NCBI GenBank assembly: GCA_973895155.1
Contig: OZ316894.1
Location: 24,302,709 to 24,366,708, forward strand
Direction: 5' to 3'
Length of the DNA stretch: 64,000 nt
Source: Marsupella aquatica
Lineage: Eukaryota; Plantae; Marchantiophyta
Positions 1 through 12,175 of this stretch are shown here, piece by piece. Made by a program: the position numbers and the translations under genes. How positions within the stretch are numbered: position 1 is the stretch's first letter; each line of letters starts with the position of its first letter. The notes beneath the pieces were generated by a model. That model was given only the letters and a program-made list of their open reading frames with translations. It had not been told where the DNA came from and did not search any database.

Positions 1-2183
1 CAACATATATAAATCAGGAAATTTCACTTAATTATTCTCAAAAGAGCATCAATGAGGAGGATCAGTCAGGAGACGTTCCCATCTTGATTGCATAACAATT
101 TAGCCTTAGTACAAAGCGCAGCAGCAATCTGGAAAACAAGAGCACTGAGAGAACAACAAGTGAACAACATTGAGGGAAAAGAGGTCTGATAGAGCATCTT
201 TAACAATGAGACCACTTCAGTTGATCCACCACAAAAGTGCCAAGCAATATTTAGGTGGGGAGGAGGAGCTAGCTTAGTAAGCAGCCCACAGATTTCTAAG
301 ATGACTGTCGGCAAACGAGGATGGAGAACCGGCTGAGACAGATAATCTATGGCAGTAGCTGGTGCAACTGGTTTAATTTATCAATCACATTTCTCAAAAT
401 GCTGTAAATAGTATCATGGGAGTGAAATTTGACTCAATCCCTCTGAAGTCTATCTGAGTTGTATAAGTCTGTGGGAGCATAATAAATATTCATGGTCATA
501 TATGATCTGTCCCCTTCCTTGCACCCCCAAACGCATATAAAAGCCTCATTCCCTCCCTCACTAGTCTCACCATTCCCTCCTCATTCTTGTCTCACCATAA
601 AGGGTGGAGCGGTGGAGCACTTGCCAATAAAAGGTTATGCACTCACCACCGTCCATTCTTGAACCTCCAAACTTTATATTGAGAGCTATGGGTAACCCTT
701 AGCTCTTTATAGCTAGGTGCACTGGTGGTTTAAGTGATGCCCCATAGTTACACCCTAGAGGCTTCATCTACACCTAGGCTTTCAATCCCAGATTACTCTA
801 AGATAAGGACTTTAAAAAAACTTTTTCCATTATTTTGCTTTTGAAGTGGGATTTTTTTCCATTGACTTAAATTTGTTTTTTGTTTAATATTATTTACGGA
901 CCCCATGAGAGGTCCCTTCCAAAATTCCTCACACCAGAGCGTGCCACATCAACAACGACCGCAACAAACAAGACTTGTCGGTTTTGTGAATTAAACTTAC
1001 AGTTTTCATTCGTGTTTACGTCAATTTGGGTGTAAATTTTGGGACACCATGCCATAAAAAGAAATGTAAAAATTTAGAAATGGAAAGAGCAAGAGGGTAA
1101 AACTGTCACTATGTAACCATTTTAGTTACGTATCTAATTTTAAAATTAAATTCAAAGTTTTGAAAAAAAAATCATATAATAAAGAATGACTAATAGTTAA
1201 CTTGATAACTTCCTTGTTAACGAGTAACTAGCACAATCATGGAGTAAGATTTCCAGCCTTTTGCAATTCAGGCAAACTGCCATGGTCGGAACTTATGGTC
1301 GGAACTTGAACTCAATGAATTGAACAATTCATTTGATCAGACCCCTGGGCCCTTAGTGTTACTAATACAGGGAGGACGTGCGAACAATGCAAGGGTATTT
1401 TTAATGTAATGCAAACTAATTTTTATAACAGTTTTTAAAGTAGGCAACATCCCTCTATATACATTCACCACAATATTAGTAATAAGGCAAGAATCAAATA
1501 CATGTCACATAAATCTTATGCAAGGGTACCCAAAATGCCAAGTACACGCGTCACTATATGGTTGACACACATGTCATCACTTCATTTGCACACATGTCCA
1601 TATAGTAAATCAGATATTTAATTATTATCGTCTTAAGGCAAGTTTGGTTTCGTTGGTCCCCTTATGGTGGAACAAATGGGTTAAGGTAGACATGTTTACC
1701 CGCATGTTTAGGAGTTAAGTGGGGAGTTGAGTAAATTTTGGGCCAGGATCTTTGGCCCAACTTGGTTGGGAAACTGGGATTGATGGGGATCCATGGATCA
1801 ATCCCACATGGACGGACAAGATTACTTTTGAATTCCCTTGAATCAAATAGCCATGTATGAGGCCAGATATGTTTGTGTATTGAGGGAGGGGTCTTGAGCG
1901 CTCAAACAATGTTTGTTATAGTTGGTTCAGACTTTGAAGTATTATTCCTGGATTATACATATATAGTACTAATGAAACTAGAAGTTCAGAGGCACTTTTG
2001 CAAACACTAAGACAAAACTGCAGGTCTATGTGTAAACTATAGGAAGAACTCTAATTTTCTCTCATCCTAATTTTGTTTATCTATATAAAATATGTACCTT
2101 GAACATCGAGCATAACATACAAGTCCCCTATGAAAGATAAAGTTTTAACTATTTCAGTATGATATTTGTAATTCTAAAAATTC

Positions 2184-2199
2184 AAGGGTGTTTTCAATT
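2184..2199 (+). repeat. Left terminal inverted repeat (16 bp)
   Basis: AAGGGTGTTTTCAATT is the exact reverse complement of 12677-12692. Confidence 0.65.
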
Positions 2200-2477
2200 C
2201 CTTGAAAAACTCTATTATAATTTACAAAAGGATAAAATTTAATAGGAAAAGTTAATATTTTTACATTAACAAGGGGATTTTTTTGTGAACAAAAATATTA
2301 AGAAGGGGTACACGGGGGGTATCTGTTCTCAGGGGGGTTCACTTGATATAGTAAGAGTGAGGGCCCAGGGGATCAGACATTGATTTGGTTTCAAATGGAA
2401 TTGCCACAAATTGACTATTATCACTATTAGTCTTTTTATCACAATGCATGTAGCAAAAAGGCCTGATTTTGACAACT

Positions 2478-2522
2478 GCTCGGCCGTTCATTTGACGATT
2501 TTACATGCTCGGCCGTTCATTT
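2478..2522 (+). repeat. Subterminal 17-bp direct repeat x2
   Basis: TGCTCGGCCGTTCATTT at ~2478 and ~2506. Confidence 0.7.
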
Positions 2523-3256
2523 CTCTTTCGGACAAATACAGACCGTTTGGTGCTCCCTGATCATTGTTTACCAAGCTGCGAAACTACCCATACAAACCTA
2601 CATTCGAGTATCAAATGCACGTTTGATACGATTTTGAACTTGAAATAGGAAAATTGATACCGGTATCGCCTTCTCTATTCCGGTTAGACTTCTTGAGAGG
2701 TGTTTTTCTTTTGCTAGGCCATTCGCGAATGCCCTCGACGATACGCATATCGCAAATTGGATTGCGGACCCAACTTTTGTGTTAGTGGGAAACTTCTCAC
2801 ACCGATAGCGCCAAAATAATTGAAGATTCACACAGGAAGCTTAGTCTTTTTGCGAGAAGGTACGGGTACCATACTAGGTTTTGATGTTATTTCCATTATA
2901 GTGGCCATTTGTTGACATTGATCGGTGGTTTCTTAAACAGCTTGTAGAGGCACGAGAAGCATCCATCACTTTGAAGGTATGGTTACCACACGATCAATGT
3001 CGAGCAAACTTATTGGCAAGCCGTATTCATAGGTTGTTTAAGTTCTGGAACATGTATATTTATGAAACCAAGTTATGTAGCCATATGATTTCCAGCTTCA
3101 ATATGTTTACATGTTTGTGGTAAATTCTAGGGTTTGGAGAGAGCGAGACAATACCAGTATCACGGTTGTCATTCGGAAGGCCTACTCCAAAGAGACTGGT
3201 ATCATAGATATCATTAAGTATATTAATCAATTGCACCTACCCTCTAATCCGTAACA

Positions 3257-6200
3257 ATGGTGCCCAGTCAGAGGAGTGGTTCTCAAGATGATGAGAGTTT
3301 GATGAGTAGCCTCTGCTCTTCAATCTGGCAGAACGAGGAGATTTGTGATGAGCAGAAATTCCTGAAGAAGAACTGGCATGTGCGCGACGCTATCGGAATG
3401 TTTCTTGATAAGGAAATTGACAACCTTTTTTGTGGGTTTGAATCAAGAAGTCTGAGAAGGTTACCCCTCGGGTTACCCTTTCATTCGGTCCGGTTGTAGC
3501 GTTTGCAGTTTGTGACTACATGAAGGGAAGAGGGAAAGATAAAGAAGCCAAGCAGACTTTAAATTTCTTGACTATGACGGGGATGAAGCCGTTCACTTCT
3601 ATTATTCTTGATGTGGATTATTTTGACTTGAAGGTGATGGAAGCACACCCAGAGGATGTAGTTTTCAAGGAGTTGACAGATATTTTCTCTTGCAATTTAA
3701 AATTGACCCCTGAATGGTTTGAGAAATATGTTGCAGATTGTGACAAAGTACTGCTGCCACAAGTTCAGGCAGAATAGTACAAGAAGATTTTTGGACAGGA
3801 TTTCAAAAAGACACTAAAATTGAAAGTCAAGAGAAAGATTGCAGAGGTAAGTGGGAGCTTGACAGCACAGGATCAGGTTGGCGAAGATCATGAGGGAGGA
3901 TCAACCGGTGGAACAAAAGTAGGAAGTAAAAGTAGAACGGGTGGTCAGCGAAAAGAGACTCGCCAAGGACCGAGTAAGAAAGTGGTGAGTGGAGGTGCAT
4001 CAGGGAGCCACCCGAGAAGGAAGCAATCCGGTTCTCGTTTGAGTAAAGATGATGACACCATTGGGGAAGTGGAAACCAAACATTTGAGTGACGTCCAAAA
4101 AGGGAGAGACACTGCCGCCGCATCCGAGGAGCTTTAGAAGTTGAAATGTTTCGACAAGACATTGTAAGTAATGTTTAATCGTTGAATAGTCCAAAGAAAG
4201 TGGTTTGATGATATTTTGGATTTCAGTACCAATTGCAACATCCCTGTGAGCTTGTGTTACCTCTTTTGAACAAGCGTTATGCGTGACTTTTGAGACAATC
4301 AGGTCACTTGTGTTTTGCTATGAAATTTCTGATACCGGTATCGGTTGAAACATCCCCATTATTGTTTATAAACCTTTTGTTCCTCTCATGCTTGGAAACC
4401 TCATCCTAAGATGTTTTCTGTGTAGGATGGAGACGATCTTACCGCACTTTGGTGGATTGTTTACATGTGGAGAATATCAAATCTCTTTTGATCCAAAATC
4501 CAACAAATTTTAGCGCACCGTTTGTTCTTCATGTGGACCCAAGTGATTGCCCAACAGTCAAGGATTGGGACCAATCTAAGTATATGAACTGGAAGTATAG
4601 AGTGACTGGCGGGACTCATGGTGCGCGGGCGAAGAATGAGTTGTTTGAACAATATGGGAAAAAGATCTTTGGAGAAGTTGAAGCATGGGTTTACGCTGGC
4701 CTCTCAAAACCTGAGTTTCGAAAATTGGGTTGGCAGCATAACATAGACCAGGAGTACAGGAAGACAATGACAAATACTGATAAACTCAGGGCCTGTCATA
4801 ATTTGTATTTGGAGTTCATGCAAATGAAGAAAAAAGATCTTCGATTTGCTTGTTGCGAGGAGTGTGGCCTTGTGTACAATCCGAAGGAGAGAGAGAGAGT
4901 GTTTCAAAATATGATCCAATGTTTCAAATTGCATTTCGGCACGGAGAAATATGGGATCTTACAGATACAATTTTGACAATGTGGTCAAAGTTTGAGGTTC
5001 TTGGACAGGTGAAGGCAAAGTCTCCTGTAAAGCCTGCTCCTCCCAAGGGCAAAGGGAAATCAAGAGCAAGAGCAAAACCTGTATCCTGAAAGTTGCACAA
5101 ACTAGCAGGGGATATCAACTTCTTTCCATTCAGAGCACTTCAAGGTCTTGCAAATGAGGAGCAGGAAAAGCGGTTATTGAGGAGGGTAATATCCAAAACT
5201 ATAAGTCTTGATCAGATGCACCGTGAAGGAGAGCTCTTGAAAAAGCTCTTCAAGATAAGAAATTTGTTTCTCCAAATATCCGGTCAGCCAGATTGGGCTA
5301 CATGTTGATTGTTATTTCCTGAAGAAACTCAGGTTTCAGTTCTGACGACGTGGACGGAGAAGTTGAGCGACCAGGTAAAGGAGTTTTTCATTACTTATAT
5401 TTTTTTATATAGCTTGAAAGAGAGGAGCGATACCTGTATCTGCTTCTCCATTGAATTATTTGTTATTTTCTTTCATTGTGGGTTCTAGAGTGGAAACCAA
5501 TACGGATGTCATTTGTTTTTTAGATTGAAAAAGGAGATACTGGTATCTACTTCTCCATTGTGGGGTCCTGATTGAATCCCACTACCGGTATCATTTTTTG
5601 GAGTTTGAAAGAGAGTAGTGATACTGGTATCTGCTTCTTCATTGACTTTTGTGAAGCCTTGCAGCTCAAAGCATACTCCAAAAGGAAAGTGATACCTGTG
5701 GAGGAGACCGAGGTTCAGCCGGCAAAGCAGATCGAACTCCCGGCTAAAGACATTCCACATTCTTTCCGGAATTTTGTACTTGGAGCGATTGAGAAATACA
5801 ACCGGCAACAGAACATCGCGTCTGTTGAGATTGTTTCAACAGATTACACCTGGAAGAACGCTGACGGGGATTCTTTCCCTTATTCATTGCATCTTGGAGA
5901 TGTTCATCGTTTGGAGGGGTTCTTGAAACCCCAAAATTATACTCTCGCTGTTGCTAGCTGATGTACCATATGGTTTTAATGCCCCCGGGTCTAAGTTTGA
6001 TGAAGTTCCTTTTTCAGAACAGGATGTCGTCAAGATGATCACCTCTTTTTTCAAGGTGACAACAACAAAGATTTGGAGATTCGCTGTGATGCATTCTCTT
6101 CAACAAGCTAACATGGTGATGCATGCACTTGAAAAAGTTTGCAACTGTGGAGTGGAAGCTGGAATATGGCAAAAGACAAATATTCATCAACATCCATCTG

Positions 6201-6772
6201 GCCCAAGATTAGCTTGGGCCTTTGAGAATTGGACCATTGGGTACTACTCGGAGGAAGGAATTCGAAAAAAAGATATGTACAATTTTGAGCCAACGGATTC
6301 AAGGGTTAACATCATCAGTATCCCTTGTGTCACAACAAAAGCCCTAACACCACTGGGGTTTATTGTTAACCCTTATCAGAAGCCAGTTGGAGTGTCTGAT
6401 TGGTTTGTGAATTATTTTAGCAACAAGGGAGATTGGGTGGCAGACTTGTGCTGCAGGACAGGGGCAACTTTGGTCGCGGCCCTTTTGAATTCTCGCAACG
6501 GATGCGCGGTGGATAAGAGCTCTACTCAAATTGAGTATGTCAAAAGTCGAATCATGACTTTGGACTCTGCTTGGAGTCTATTTGACAAAGCCTCAATTGT
6601 CGGAGATGGAGAAAGCTCTAAGGAGGTTCAACCTCCCATTGGCGGTGAGCTAGGTTCGATTGGAACAGATGCTTATGTAAATGAGTCGCCAAGGGAAGAT
6701 GAAACTGAAAATGAAGAGCAGCTTCCGCAGACGCCCAACGATGAGGATCTTAATGAAATGTTGTTAGATTAG
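3257..6772 (+). pseudogene. Disrupted multi-exon gene: ParB/Srx-like domain fused to a beta-class N6-adenine/N4-cytosine DNA methyltransferase
   Basis: ORF pieces 3257-4137, 4449-5374 and 5665-6772 join across premature stops and frameshifts and a phase-0 GT-AG intron at 5375-5664. ParB-like signature: YRVTGGTHGARAK..VYAGL..LGWQHN. MTase motifs in beta order: LHLGDV..AVADVPYG (motif IV, DPPY-like), NPYQKP, GDWVADLCC(R)TGATLVAA..R..AVD (motif I). A 4-bp duplication at ~5954 shifts the frame just before DVPY. The true start may lie upstream. Confidence 0.8.
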
Positions 6773-7307
6773 TTAAATAAAATATTATGTAATATGCCAC
6801 TCTTAGTTGTCATTATTAGAGCTACATGGGATTTGTACTTAGTAAATATTAAATCTGATACCAGTATCTGGAATATCATTTGTAGCTTTATATTAGTATG
6901 TACACTTTCTAGATGATAAATACTACTTGCGATACCAGTATTGGAAATCATATTCCAAACGGAGAAGGAATCAAATAGAACCCAAACTGCACTTTGGATG
7001 TCTATTCTAAACTGATGTGGGACTGTTTTCTGTCGAGTGAAATAGTGCGACACTTTCTATGCAACTCAAACTTCAGTAGTCCATCAAGAAAATTCAGGGT
7101 GATTACTAAATGTGAACTTGTGTAAATTGTCTAGACAACTTCTGTGCAATGGATCATTATATCCAAAGCACAGAGGTTGTCAAGACAGTCTACATGAGTT
7201 ATGTTTACATTTTTACAAGAGGGCAGTTGGTTTGTTAGTCAACAACCATCAAACTGATGTGTGCAAGGCACAAAACAACAAAAAAATACAATGGAAACTA
7301 TAAAATT

Positions 7308-7359
7308 GATGATGTTTGTACCTCAGATGTTTTTAAACGTCTGAGGTAACTTCATCATC
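7308..7359. other. Interrupted palindrome/hairpin between the convergent 3' ends of the two element genes
   Basis: TACCTCAGATGTTT-tt-AAACGTCTGAGGTA (14-bp stem, 1 mismatch), flanked by GATGATG/CATCATC. Confidence 0.6.
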
Positions 7360-7660
7360 GATGCTATTCAGAGTATCATTATGCGATGCAATACTATGAA
7401 TATGACCCCATTTTGGTTTGCTCTAAACAGCTCCGAAAGCATACCTTCTCGAGATTGCGAATGCAATATCCAGTCCATTAATTAATATTCGTGAAGGCAA
7501 GCTCTAATTTTGCTCGACGGAAATTTATTTTCACTATAAGGTATTGGTACACATTTGACACTAAAATACATTACCATTCAACAATATGTCCAAAAAAAGC
7601 CACTTCTTTATAATAAAATACTATTTACGATACCAATATCAAAAACCACATTTGTTACAA

Positions 7661-10600
7661 CTACAAAATTTCTTCAAGCTGTACATCTAGCATGGCTGCC
7701 TGAATAATTCTTTGTGTTTTTGCTGGCAAGGTGTTGTTTGCATTCAAAGAAAAATTGTAGGCATAAATTGCAGTTTCAGAAAGGCAGATCTCTCCATGCA
7801 GAGCTTTGTTTGATGATGCTTCCTTCTCAGGATAATATTTTCCTTCAATTGCTGACAGCTCCTCAGAATCCATTGTGTACCATATGATACCAATATTGTC
7901 AGGCACTTCATCAACCTTGGTCAGTATTTTGGTAACCTTTGCCATCCAAAAAGGCCTCCCATTTTGATCTGCATGGGCTGCAACACAAATCATTGAATAT
8001 TTGTTATTTACTTCAAGATCTTTAAAATCTCCTACCTCGGAAATCCTCTTCCGAGCTCCAGAGTACATGGCCTTCTCTGGACCTGCAATTTTCTCAATGA
8101 GATCAGGTTCAATTGTAGGCGCCCTCCCGTCCATCACTAGGGTCTCTCGATGCTCGTTTGATTTTGGCCAAACGCAATCAAACATCCACTATGCTGGCTT
8201 TAGGTGATTTTGGATGACATCTTTCTGTTTGTCAAAGAAATTTAGCCACCACAACTTATCCTTGTCGTCAAAATAATTGAATCCCTCCTCAATCGCTTTC
8301 CAATATTTCTCCAATGTTTCTCTTTCTACTTCACCAGTAGCATCTGCTCCGTCCCCTCCATTGGTGCTTTTCAACGCCATTTGAGGTGCAACCCAGAATG
8401 TGGTTGTTGGGATGTAATTCACAAACTCCACGGGATCACCCCAACTTGGGGTTGTTGAAATGTGTTTGGCATGAAACAAACCTTTTGGAATTCCATTTTC
8501 CCCAATCACACGTTGTATTCGGAATTGCTTTTGAAAACTGATCTGATGAAGTGGTTGCAAAACATGCCCGGTTGCCCCAGTCCTGTTGGGTTGATCTTTC
8601 TCGCTCACATACTTCAGAAAATCCGCTGTTTCTTCTACAAATATTGTCTCAGCTTTGGGATTGTACGAACCCTGTATAATGTCAACAAGAGTATCCACTC
8701 GGAAAGCTTTGCGTTTGTTCAGTTTTGAGAAAACTTTGCTGAACATTTGGTCTATCTGATCATGTGTGTGGCCAACCAGCAGAAATCCAACCTTGATCTT
8801 CTGGAAAACCCCCAACTCTACAAGCATATTTAAGTAAGCAAACAAGAATTTATTCTTGTTCTCCCGAGCAGTGTTATCCAACTGTAAATATAGCACCGGA
8901 GGTAGCACTCCCTCCCAAGTATTCAAAATATTCTGAATAACATGGATTGTAAGGTTAGAGTCATTGTGAATATTAGGGTAATTGAGATATACCTTAGCCT
9001 TCAACTGACCATTGAATATCAAACTGCCCACCACATGAACAAAAATAAAATATTTCTCATCCATGTTTTTTGGACATCTGGTGAAGTGCGGTAACTCCGT
9101 CTTCTTTTGGTCCATCCCATCAATACATATCCCCAAGTACTTTTTTGGGTGCTTGTAACATTTATTCCGATGCTTTGCTAATTTCTCCCGCCCGACTCCT
9201 TGCGCTGTATGATACTTTTTCAACAACATAGCATACTTACCTGAGCAATATCAAATTGGTAACAAAGTTATTATAAAAACATTATTGCAACACTAGACTG
9301 CTGGTCTATTGGCATTTTGAGGTGTGTGGCAAAAACCATTTTCCAATGCCAAGACCTATAAATTTATAGGTTTTGGTATTCTAAGCTCAATAACACATCC
9401 AATTCCAATTCATATGGATAAAACAAAAACTTACTTTTCTCTGATTCGAGCGTAGCTTTGTCACGAAGAGCTTTGAATTCTGTGCATGGACCGCAAGTCA
9501 AAAAATGACTTCTTTTTGGAATACGAACTCAAGCAAAATGTTGCTTCCATGTCCGACAGAACCAAGAATATGTAACCCCTTGTTCTTGGCGCAACAGAGT
9601 TTCAGTTCGGAAGGCATCAAAGACTTCAGCTTTCGTCCAATTGTCAGGCAAATGAAAATTTTCCTTATTGGGAAGTCTTTCAACGTTACTCCTAAAAAAA
9701 TCATTTAACCACTCTATTAAAGTAAGATGAGTGGAGGATTTTTCTCTACAAAATACATTGTTCTCGATACGAGAGAACATATTTTGGGTTATCCTTTGAA
9801 GGCGATTATTTCCAATTGAAAATAATTTCTTAAAACCTTCTCGACAAAAAGAGTTTCCAGACACACTGTACCTGCATGACCCACTCTGGTTATTCCTAAC
9901 GCATCCTCTTAGAAGTATATTCTTCTCCCATGGGTCAGGCCAAAATAATAGGTACGCTCTTTCGTTACTTCAAGTAAACCGAAAGTCCTCAAACACATAT
10001 TGTCACAACATGGATACTTGAACACTTCTTTCATTTTTCTCCTCTTTAAATTCTCACTTGTAACAGTGTCTTTCTTGGCTATCCTATCCCTATGTTTCTT
10101 ACTAGGGACTTTTAGTTTCACCCTATCCTGAAATTCCCTTGTTGAATCATCGCTTCCACGGTCTTCACAAACCTCTTCGATGACGTCCTCATTGACAGTG
10201 TTTGGCTCACTGAAAAGGTGGCTATGCTACTCTGTGGCTCATCGCCTCCATCATCAGCTTCTAAACATTATGACACAACTTGTGCAATTACTTTAATAGA
10301 CTCTCTATCGTGTACAGAGACATCTTCCAGACTTTCTTCATCACTGGAATCATCAGAAGATTCAGAACATACAATTGGAGTTCTGGGTTCTCTAAACTTG
10401 ACTCAAACTATTGCATTACGAGAAATACCTACCCTAGGTAACCCATACCTTCTAACTGGAATCTTGAAACAGTACCCGTCTGAACTGGCGTTGTCTGTGG
10501 ACTATTCTCTTTAGGACCATTATCCTCATTTGGACAAGATTCAAAAAGTCTCTGCATACACTTTCCTCGAAGCATTCGAGATAGAGCGGAGATAGGACTT

Positions 10601-11115
10601 TGGAGTCTCGTTTGGAGTCCCATGAAAGCCACCCTATCAGTGGATGTCCGCCCCAACACTGGCAATGCTTGAGGCGATACGCGTATCGCCTTTGGTATTC
10701 GCGACCCCGATGGCTCTAAAAAAATCCTCCTTTGCACCTGAGAGCTAGTGCTCACTGAATTTCTTGGATCCAATCCTGACGCTGATACCCGTATCGTTCT
10801 TCGGATTCCTTCTCCATATCCGGGAATGGATGGTTTATAACAGCATCGAGCTCCCAAACCTAGTATTGAAATTTTCTCTATTCCTGGTCGAGGAACACTC
10901 AGTAGACATCGTTTATCTGGCTTACTAGGGGAGACATAATAAGACCCTGTCTCTGGCGCAGAACCACCATCTGAGTCTGAACTGGAATCCAAGAGTTTGG
11001 GTATGACACGGTGGGACAGGGAAAGCTTCTTCAAGATATGAGAAGGTAGAAATCTTGTTCGAACATTAGGAGATGACTCCACAGAACTCTCTTGGGAATC
11101 AGATGTATGAGACAT
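7661..11115 (-). pseudogene. Disrupted Sola/DUF7869-like DDD transposase with Cys/His-rich N-terminal part and C-terminal accessory domain
   Basis: ORF pieces 11115-10429, 10121-9909, 9864-9529, 9229-8189 and 8185-7661, with an intron at 9434-9241. Motifs: CCDNMC, CREGFKKLFSIG, WFCRTWK..TCGPC, ICIDGMDQKKT, LYLQLDNTARENKN, FLLVGHTHDQIDQMFS (three candidate catalytic Asp). An in-frame TAG at 8189-8191 separates the core from the C-terminal domain. Confidence 0.8.
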
Positions 11116-11280
11116 GATGAATCAAAAACTCTATGGCAGTTCACATTCGTCTCTTGAACCTATTGTTGCAAAGCTTGTCTCATGAACTTAGGGAAGAGAG
11201 ATAGGGATCAGAGAGATCTAGACAGCGAAAATGACTCCCGACCTCTAATGGAATGAAGTCCGATAACTTGAGTGTCCGCG

Positions 11281-11375
11281 CTTTTATAGTCACGGCGGCG
11301 GAAGATTTACGTGGCAATTTTTGATTGGCTCCCGCTAAATGACAAAATAGTCCAAAGCCGGGCCTCCATAATTGG
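11281..11375 (-). promoter_or_regulatory. Putative core promoter of the transposase (TATA plus CCAAT boxes)
   Basis: TATAAAAG on the minus strand at 11288-11281 and CCAAT at 11328-11324 and 11375-11371, ~170-260 bp upstream of ATG 11115. Confidence 0.45.
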
Positions 11376-11424
11376 TCCCTATATCTGAGTTTGGAATTGA
11401 TGTTTGAATTTGAGCAACATTTAA

Positions 11425-12175
11425 ATTAAGGTGGTCAAGAAGGTGAATGGCAATACCAGTATCGCTGTTTGCATTGGAGTCATTTAAATGTGATCTTGGA
11501 GGATGACAAATACCGGTATTGTTATGTTTATTGGATTGGCATTAAAGGTTGTTGGGAGAAAAAGCTATACCGGTAGCGCGGTCTGTATTGGAGTGGTGTT
11601 TACAGGTGGTCAAGGAGGAAGAGAGATATCGGTATCGCGGTCTGTATTGGAGTGGTGTTTATAGGTGGTCAAAGAGGAAGAGAGATACCGGTATCGTGGT
11701 CTGTATTGGAGTGGTGTTTACAGGTGGTCAAGGAGGAAGAGAGATACCCGTATCGCGGTCTGTATTGGAGTGGTATTTATAGGTGGTCAAGGAGGAAGAG
11801 AGATACCCGTATCGTGGTCTGTATTGGAGTGGTGTTTACAGGTGGTCAAGGAGGAAGAGAGATACCGGTATCGCGGTCTGTATTGGAGTGGTGTTTACAG
11901 GTGGTCAAGGAGGAAGAGAGATACCGGTATCGCGGTCTGTATTGGAGTGGTGTTTACAGGTGGTCAAGGAGGAAGAGAGATACCGATATCGCGATCTGTA
12001 TTGGAGTGGTGTTTACAGGTGGTCAAGGAGGAGGAGCGATACCAGTATCGCGGTCTGTATTGGAGTGGTGTTTATAGGTGGTCAAGGAGGTAGAGCGATA
12101 CCAGTATCGCAGACTGTATTTGAGTGAGGATTACAAGTGAACCGGGAGGAAGAGCGACACCGGTTCGCTAGAGGA
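11425..12175. repeat. 59-bp tandem array (~9-10 near-identical plus ~3 degenerate units), each with the GATACCGGTATC palindrome
   Basis: Unit GTATTGGAGTGGTGTTTACAGGTGGTCAAGGAGGAAGAGAGATACCGGTATCGCGGTCT; CTGTATTGG recurs at 11583, 11642, 11701, 11760, 11819, 11878, 11937, 11996 and 12055. Confidence 0.95.

Noticed and set aside
1-2180. Short ORFs and small duplications at the window start
   Set aside because: No identifiable product; AT-rich intergenic sequence
4449-6772. Bacterial contamination or prophage as the source of the ParB-MTase
   Set aside because: The gene has GT-AG introns and sits in a eukaryotic-type transposon among plant genes
11549-12127. Overlapping repetitive ORFs in three frames
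   Set aside because: Artefact of translating a stop-poor 59-bp repeat
11425-12175. CRISPR-like appearance of the regular palindrome-containing array
   Set aside because: Units are near-identical along their whole length with no unique spacers, there are no cas genes, and the context is eukaryotic
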